The notes under the pieces were generated by a model. That model did not search any database and was not told the DNA's origin. It worked only from the letters and a program-made list of their open reading frames with translations. A program made the position numbers and the translations under genes. Shown in pieces: positions 58,030-64,000 of a stretch of 64,000 nucleotides of DNA (position 1 is its first letter; each line of letters opens with the position of its first letter). The stretch spans positions 1-64,000 of the forward strand of contig JBFPLN010000004.1 of the NCBI GenBank assembly GCA_051971635.1, in the 5' to 3' direction. The DNA comes from Candidatus Atelocyanobacterium thalassae. Its GTDB lineage: Bacteria > Cyanobacteriota > Cyanobacteriia > Cyanobacteriales > Microcystaceae.

Positions 58030-58170
58030 GATATCTTGTCTATTTACAACTGTTGTTAAATATTGATGATATTAACATAATCTTTTAGAGCAATATAAAC
58101 TTGCTATTTTTTTAGCAAATTATCTATTACTTTGTTATGTCATCTAAATCATAAGTTTAAGCATTTCTGT
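58030..58170 (+). pseudogene. Relic of a Mo-dependent nitrogenase C-terminal domain protein gene
   Basis: F*SNINLL then a frameshift in a T7 run, then SKLSITLLCHLNH; aligns to recalled consensus FERDIKLF..HIPPLCKLNP; nifK-nifE position. Confidence 0.55.
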
Positions 58171-58190
58171 AATAGTTATAGGAAATTTAT

Positions 58191-59561
58191 ATGAAACTTA
58201 CAAAAGCAAAGATTAATGAGTTATTAACACAACCAGAATGTGAGCATAACCTTAACAAAGGAGGTCAAGGCAAGAATAAAGCTTGTACTCAACAATCTCA
58301 GCCTGGATCTGCTCAAGGAGGATGTGCTTTTGATGGAGCATCTATCACACTTGTGCCAATTACTGATGCGGCTCATTTAGTTCATGGTCCTATTGCCTGT
58401 TCTGGTAATAGTTGGAATAGTCGTGGCAGTTTGTCGAGTGGCTCAATGCTCTATAAAATGGGATTTACTACTGATATATCCGAAAATGACATAATTTTTG
58501 GAGGCGAAAAAAAGCTTTATAAGGCTGTTGCTCAAATTATTAATAACTTTAATCCAGCCGCAGTTTTTGTCTATTCAACTTGCATTACTGCACTCATAGG
58601 AGATGATCTAGATGCGGTATGTAAGGCAGCAACAAATAAATATCAAACACCTGTTATCCCAGTACATTCTCCAGGGTTCGTAGGTAGTAAAAATCTTGGT
58701 AATCGTCTAGGCGGAGAGGCTCTATTGCAGCATGTAATTGGTAGCAAAGAACCTGAGTATACAACCAATTACGACATTAACATAATTGGAGAGTATAATA
58801 TCGCTGGAGAAATGTGGGCAGTTACTACTTTACTTGAAAAATTAGGAATTAGAATTCTAGGAAAAATAACAGGAGATGCAAGATACGAAGATATTTGTTC
58901 TGCGCATAGGGCAAAATTAAATGTAATGATCTGTTCTAAAGCTCTTATAAATATAGCTTCTTCCATGAAAGAAAAATACAACATACCTTACATGGAAGAA
59001 TCCTTTTATGGAATAGACGATATGAATCGTTGCTTAAGAGATATAGCAAAATTCTTTGGTGATGCTGAATTAATTGAACGTACCGAAAAAATTATTGAAG
59101 AAGAGGTTTCTAAGTTAAACATTCAACTAGAACCTTATAGAAGAAAACTGAAAGGAAAACGAATGGTTTTATACACTGGAGGTGTTAAAAGCTGGTCTAT
59201 TGTATCAGCAGCGCAAGATCTGGGAATGCAAGTAGTAGCTACTAGCACTAAGAAAAGTACAGAAGAAGATAAAGCACGTATTAAGAATCTTTTGGGTAAA
59301 GACGGTATTATGCTTGAGAAAGGTAATCCGGAAGAATTATTAAGAGTAATCAAAGAAACAAAGGCAGATTTATTGGTGGCAGGAGGAAGAAATCAATACA
59401 CTGCTCTCAAAGCAAAGATACCTTTCTTAGATATTAACCAAGAACGTCATCATCCCTATGCAGGCTACATTGGTATGGTTGAAATGGCTAGAGAACTAAG
59501 CGAAGCAGTTTATAGTCCAATTTGGAGACAAGTTAGAAAACCTGCGCCTTGGGATGAATGA
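58191..59561 (+). CDS. nifE: FeMo-cofactor scaffold subunit
   Basis: GGCAFDGA, HLVHGPIAC, GSKNLGN, YTGGVKSWS, DINQERH. Confidence 0.98.
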   Translation: MKLTKAKINELLTQPECEHNLNKGGQGKNKACTQQSQPGSAQGGCAFDGASITLVPITDAAHLVHGPIACSGNSWNSRGSLSSGSMLYKMGFTTDISENDIIFGGEKKLYKAVAQIINNFNPAAVFVYSTCITALIGDDLDAVCKAATNKYQTPVIPVHSPGFVGSKNLGNRLGGEALLQHVIGSKEPEYTTNYDINIIGEYNIAGEMWAVTTLLEKLGIRILGKITGDARYEDICSAHRAKLNVMICSKALINIASSMKEKYNIPYMEESFYGIDDMNRCLRDIAKFFGDAELIERTEKIIEEEVSKLNIQLEPYRRKLKGKRMVLYTGGVKSWSIVSAAQDLGMQVVATSTKKSTEEDKARIKNLLGKDGIMLEKGNPEELLRVIKETKADLLVAGGRNQYTALKAKIPFLDINQERHHPYAGYIGMVEMARELSEAVYSPIWRQVRKPAPWDE

Positions 59562-59650
59562 AAGACTAACAAAGTATTATAATCCCAATCTTTCATATAC
59601 CAGAATGTCTTAATGAAAATACTAAACCCCTGGAAAAGGAGTGACAGACA

Positions 59651-61012
59651 GTGACCACGATTGTAAACCCCGATAAATCTTTATCAGTTAATCCATTAAA
59701 AATGAGCCAGCCTTTGGGAGCAGCCTTAGCTTTTCTGGGTTTAAACAAAATGATGCCATTGTTTCATGGATCACAAGGATGTACAGCCTTTGCTAAAGTT
59801 GTCTTAGTACGTCACTTCCGTGAATCTATTCCTCTTTCAACAACTGCTATGACGGAAATTAGCACAATTTTAGGTGGAGAGGATAATATCGAGCAAGCAA
59901 TTCTAACTATAATGGAAAAATATAGACCTGAAGTTATAGGACTTTTAACTACTGGTTTAACAGAAACTAGAGGGGATGACATGCGTCGCATTCTCTTAAC
60001 AATTAAAGAGAAACATCCACAATTACGTTCTTTTCCGATTATTTTAGTTTCTACTCCAGATTATAAAGGTTCGCTACAAGACGGATATAGTGCTGCGGTT
60101 GAAAGTATTGTATCCACTGATTATGGTGATTCTATAGAAAATGAATTATGTTCAGCAAACGTAAAACCTCAAGTTAATGTTTTATGTGCTTCTCACCTTT
60201 CTCCTGCTGATGTAGAGGAAATCAAAGTTACTGTTGAATCATTTGGATTAATACCAATTATGATTCCTGATCTTTCTTCTTCTCTAGATGGTCATGTAGA
60301 GGATGAGTATCACACTACGACTTCTGGAGGAACTAGCATACAACAATTAAAGCAACTAAAGAATTCTTGTCTTACTTTGGCGATTGGCGGAAGTATGACG
60401 AAAGCTGCAATAATTTTAGAGAAACGCTTTGGTACAAAATATGAAGTATTTCCTAGCTTAGCTGGCTTAGATGCAATAGATTCCTTTTTATGGAAACTCT
60501 CCCAGTTTGTCACAAGTAATAGTAACGATCAATTAATATCACAAACAATTCCTCTACGTCTTAAACGACAACGCCGTCAATTGCAAGATGCTATTCTTGA
60601 TACTCACTTTTACTTTGGCGGAAAGAAAATTTCTCTTGCTTTAGAGCCAGACTTACTATATCAAACATCATGGTTATTAACAGAAATGGGAGCAGAAATT
60701 CAAGCTGCTGTTACTACAACCGAATCATCCATATTGAAAGAGTTACCTTTTGATACTGTAATTATTGGTGATCTAAAAGATTTAGAAGAATTGGCTCCTG
60801 AAAGTGATTTAATAATCACAAATAGTCATGGTGTATCTTTAGCTGAGCATCTTAACATACCTCTATATCGTATGGGATATCCTATCTATGATCGTCTAGG
60901 TATGGGACAGCGTTGCTTAGTAGGATATTCTGGCACTATGAGATTTTTATTTGAAGTAGGCAATCTTCTTATGGAAGAAGAGGCTAAACATAATCCTATT
61001 ACTTTGCATTAA
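59651..61012 (+). CDS. nifN: FeMo-cofactor scaffold subunit
   Basis: NPLKMSQPLGA, HGSQGCTAF, RHFRESIPL, SLDGH, GYPIYDRLG; GTG start. Confidence 0.98.
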   Translation: MTTIVNPDKSLSVNPLKMSQPLGAALAFLGLNKMMPLFHGSQGCTAFAKVVLVRHFRESIPLSTTAMTEISTILGGEDNIEQAILTIMEKYRPEVIGLLTTGLTETRGDDMRRILLTIKEKHPQLRSFPIILVSTPDYKGSLQDGYSAAVESIVSTDYGDSIENELCSANVKPQVNVLCASHLSPADVEEIKVTVESFGLIPIMIPDLSSSLDGHVEDEYHTTTSGGTSIQQLKQLKNSCLTLAIGGSMTKAAIILEKRFGTKYEVFPSLAGLDAIDSFLWKLSQFVTSNSNDQLISQTIPLRLKRQRRQLQDAILDTHFYFGGKKISLALEPDLLYQTSWLLTEMGAEIQAAVTTTESSILKELPFDTVIIGDLKDLEELAPESDLIITNSHGVSLAEHLNIPLYRMGYPIYDRLGMGQRCLVGYSGTMRFLFEVGNLLMEEEAKHNPITLH

Positions 61013-61068
61013 AATAGGAATTATAAAGTAAAGTTTCCCCTTAATGTTATTTATCTGAGAGGAAGAAC

Positions 61069-61467
61069 ATGAAAGTCGCATTTACAACTAGTGATAATGT
61101 TCACGTCAATGCTCATTTCGGATGGGCAAAAAATATTGACTTATATGACGTATCACCTGATGGTTTTAGTTTTTTTAGTACATTAGAATTTGGTGGTGAT
61201 TTGAAAGAAGATGGTAATGAGGACAAGTTAGTACCTAAAATTGAGGCACTAAAAGGTTGTACATTACTTTACGTTTCTGCTATCGGAGGTAGTGCTGCTG
61301 CACGTCTCATAAATAGAAACGTTACCCCTATTAAAGCGCGAACAGACCAAGATAAAATTGATGATATCCTAAATGAGTTAGTTAAAACTTTAAAAGGTAA
61401 TCCTCCTCCTTGGTTGCGTAAAGTTCTTCGCCAAGATAGCGAACCCGTTAACTTTGAAGACGATTAA
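61069..61467 (+). CDS. nifX: FeMo-cofactor carrier
   Basis: MKVAFTT, VNAHFGWA, EDGNEDKL, AIGGSAA, PPPWLRK. Confidence 0.97.
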   Translation: MKVAFTTSDNVHVNAHFGWAKNIDLYDVSPDGFSFFSTLEFGGDLKEDGNEDKLVPKIEALKGCTLLYVSAIGGSAAARLINRNVTPIKARTDQDKIDDILNELVKTLKGNPPPWLRKVLRQDSEPVNFEDD

Positions 61468-61475
61468 TAGAATAG

Positions 61476-61915
61476 ATGGAGGAAAACATTCTTAAAAGTT
61501 TGGTAACTGGGATTTTTTCTAATATTGAAGAATCTATTTAAGATATTGCATCAAGATAGATATTAAACCTCTTCTATGGTTTTAACTTATACTGGAATTA
61601 GATTAGTGATTAATAACAGTATATTTTTAAATAAAAACAAGAAGTTTGCATAGAAGAAGGGACTTTCTTTATTAAAATACTAAAAATTGTTTGTTTCTTC
61701 CAAAAAGTCTACAAATTAATTGGCGCAAAAATAAACGTGCTATGTTAACTCTTTATAGATAGACATTGCCAAGAGTATGACTAAACAGTCTGTTAAAGCT
61801 ATTCAAAATAGCCTATCGCAAAAGGTTTCTGTTCTAGGATTCCGAGAGAATACAGCAACGTAAAGATTACTAGGAAGCAAATTTTGGAATTAAATTAATA
61901 CAAAAAATCTTGTAA
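61476..61915 (+). pseudogene. Degraded NifX-associated DUF269 gene
   Basis: Colinear relics TFLK (61486), CIEEGT (61647), RFLF*DSERI (61823), GIKLIQK (61886); lies between nifX and CCE_0567. Confidence 0.65.
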
Positions 61916-62088
61916 TCTTAATATTCTAATTAACGGTAATTTATAAAAAGCTATATTTAGCTTTTTATCTATTCTTTTATCTACTAGATTACAACTTGAA
62001 GATAGAGTAAATGAAATTTTTGCTTTTAAACTTCTAATTTTTAGTAACTAGTTAGTACTTTTATACACTATTCTATGAGGAAAACATT

Positions 62089-62322
62089 GTGGTAAGTGAT
62101 AATACTACTCCTACTCCTGATGAAATAGCAGACCTAAAGAAAGCAGTTCGAAAATTAAATTCAAGAGCTGGAGAGATGAAAATGGATTTACATGATCTTG
62201 CAGAAGGATTACCTGTAGACTATGAGACTCTTATGGAAACTGCGAAAAAAACATATGATGTTTTTCATGACTTGGACCAAATGAAAAAAAAACTTATTTC
62301 TTGGGAGAAAAATCTAAAATGA
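62089..62322 (+). CDS. CCE_0567 / DUF683 (Rop-like) nif-associated protein
   Basis: LKKAVRKLNSRAGEMKMDLHDLAEGLP. Confidence 0.92.
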   Translation: MVSDNTTPTPDEIADLKKAVRKLNSRAGEMKMDLHDLAEGLPVDYETLMETAKKTYDVFHDLDQMKKKLISWEKNLK

Positions 62323-62687
62323 CTATTCCTACTAATACACCGAAAACATTAGCCGAATTTATTAAACTTACTAATACAGAAGATTATTTACAGTTTTTTG
62401 ATATTGATTATGATCCAACTTTTGTTAATGTAAATCGCCTTCACATTCTTAAACAGTTTTCCATACTAGTGGCAGAAATAAACAGAGTTTTTCCAGATAT
62501 AGACGATATGGAAAAACTAGCCAAGTATAAGATAGCATTTGAAGAATCTTATCAATTATTTAAGACTTCTACCCCTCTAGATACTAAGTTGTTTAAAGTT
62601 TTTAAAGATGCTCCTAATAATGTTGTTTTATTAGAAGATTTAAGTATCGATGAAACAGATTGGACAAAAGATTCTGGTGTTCTTTAA
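62319..62687 (+). CDS. nifW: Nitrogenase-stabilising protein (start reassigned to ATG 62319, ATGA overlap)
   Basis: EDYLQFFDIDYDPTFVNVNRLHILKQF, KLFKVF. Confidence 0.95.
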   Translation: MTIPTNTPKTLAEFIKLTNTEDYLQFFDIDYDPTFVNVNRLHILKQFSILVAEINRVFPDIDDMEKLAKYKIAFEESYQLFKTSTPLDTKLFKVFKDAPNNVVLLEDLSIDETDWTKDSGVL

Positions 62688-62699
62688 TTAACTAATGCT

Positions 62700-63473
62700 A
62701 TGGAATTTACTCCTACTGAATTAGAACGCTATTCAAGGCAAATTCAAATTCCTGGGTTTGGAGAAGATGGACAAAAACGTCTGAAAAGTACAACTGCCAT
62801 TGTTACAGGTGTAGGTGGACTAGGCGGAACTGTCGCTTTATATCTAGCTGTTGCTGGAGTAGGTAAAATTATTTTAGTTCGTGGAGGAAATTTACGTCTC
62901 GATGATCTGAACCGTCAGATATTAATGACTAATAGTTGGGTAGGTCAACCCAGAGTTTATAAAGCTAAAGAAACTATCTTGAACATTAATCCTGATATTC
63001 AAGTCGAAGTAATTCCTGAATTTGTTACTTCTGAAAATATTGAGGACCTTGTAAAGAAATCTGATATTGCTTTTGATTGTGCATTCGACTTTGCAGAGAG
63101 AGACCTGTTAAATACAGCTTGCGTTCGCTGCAAAGTCCCTATGATAGAAGCAGCCATGAGTGGTATGGAAGCATATTTAACAACTATTGTTCCTGGTGAA
63201 ACACCTTGTTTATCATGCATTTTCCCAGAAAAACCTAAGTGGGATAGATGGGGATTTGGAGTCTTAGGTGCAGTTTCTGGCAGTTTAGCTTGCTTAGCAG
63301 CATTAGAAGGTATTAAACTTTTAACAGGAGTTGGAGAGACTTTAAAAGGTCAATTATTAACAATGGATCTAGGAAATACAACTTTTGCCAAACGTCGACC
63401 TTATCATGATCCTGAATGTCCTACCTGTGGTGGTCTAAGGCAACAAGATTCTAATGATAATGCAATACAATAA
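62700..63473 (+). CDS. hesA: HesA (ThiF/MoeB-family) protein
   Basis: ERYSRQ, GVGGLGG, DDLNRQ, CLSC, CPTC; nifW-hesA-hesB order. Confidence 0.95.
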   Translation: MEFTPTELERYSRQIQIPGFGEDGQKRLKSTTAIVTGVGGLGGTVALYLAVAGVGKIILVRGGNLRLDDLNRQILMTNSWVGQPRVYKAKETILNINPDIQVEVIPEFVTSENIEDLVKKSDIAFDCAFDFAERDLLNTACVRCKVPMIEAAMSGMEAYLTTIVPGETPCLSCIFPEKPKWDRWGFGVLGAVSGSLACLAALEGIKLLTGVGETLKGQLLTMDLGNTTFAKRRPYHDPECPTCGGLRQQDSNDNAIQ

Positions 63474-63555
63474 AGGTAGATACTGAGAGTAAATATTTAT
63501 TCTTATGATGGTTCTTTGATTCTACCTCTTCATTACCCTTAATATTCATAAAAAA

Positions 63556-63915
63556 ATGACTGTAACCCTAACTAACAAAGCTACTACTCGACTTCAGTCC
63601 TTTCTGAAAAAACAATCAAATAAAGTTTCCGGCATTCGTGTTGGGGTTAAAGATGGTGGTTGCAATGGTTATGAATACACTCTTAATCTAGTAGGGAAGC
63701 CAAATGAAAAGGATGTATGTTTTAATCAAAACAATATCTCTATCTATGTTGACCCTAATAATATATCCTTACTAGAAGGGGTAGTTATTGATTTTGTAGA
63801 TAGTCTAGTTAAAAGTGGATTTATCTTTACAAACCCCAATGCAACAGGTACTTGTGACTGCGGTAAGTCTTTCTCTACAGCAAGCTGCGGTGGACAATCT
63901 ACCCCTTGTAGCTAA
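63556..63915 (+). CDS. hesB: A-type Fe-S carrier (HesB/IscA)
   Basis: GGCNGYEY, FTNPNA..TCDCGKSF. Confidence 0.95.
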   Translation: MTVTLTNKATTRLQSFLKKQSNKVSGIRVGVKDGGCNGYEYTLNLVGKPNEKDVCFNQNNISIYVDPNNISLLEGVVIDFVDSLVKSGFIFTNPNATGTCDCGKSFSTASCGGQSTPCS

Positions 63916-64000
63916 TCGATAATTGAGATTAGCTAAATAAAAAGTTTGGTAATTAGGATTATTCTTCTTTTTTAGAATAATACCTAAGAATCAATAACAC

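Noticed and set aside
57894..58088. 64-aa ORF between nifK and nifE as a real gene
   Set aside because: Its start lies within the post-nifK hairpin, and its end is better explained as part of a pseudogene relic

Overview
AT-rich window from a genome-reduced, nitrogen-fixing unicellular cyanobacterium. The NifH sequence, gene content and intergenic erosion point to the UCYN-A / Candidatus Atelocyanobacterium thalassa (nitroplast) lineage. This is recognition from memory, not a database search. Bases 1-45000 hold housekeeping genes: menB, sigE, priA, hemL, tgt, ndbB, aar/ado, hpnJ, nagA, hypB/hypA/NHL, rpsT, rpoB, rpoC2, pdxH, plsC, hypF, gcvH, ispH, rodZ, a pseudouridine synthase, GT39/PAP2, a dam-type methylase, pdxA, and a petM missing from the ORF track. 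Bases 45200-63900 hold the divergent nif cluster: DUF2949-nifV-nifZ-nifT and an ArsC-like gene on the minus strand, and nifB-S-U-H-D-K-E-N-X, CCE_0567, nifW, hesA, hesB on the plus strand. Reading beyond the ORF track shows several further layers. (i) Decayed genes remain in their ancestral positions: tatD, fdxN, a Mo-nitrogenase-C-terminal-domain gene, DUF269, and possibly nifP. (ii) Intergenic DNA carries unusually long, near-perfect palindromes, with arms up to 35 bp. (iii) A TGAGTA motif array lies upstream of nifB. (iv) Stem-loops bracket nifH, nifD and nifK. (v) nifHDK show strong codon bias. I saw no rRNA, tRNA, CRISPR array or transposase, and I cannot demonstrate a wholly new system from sequence alone.
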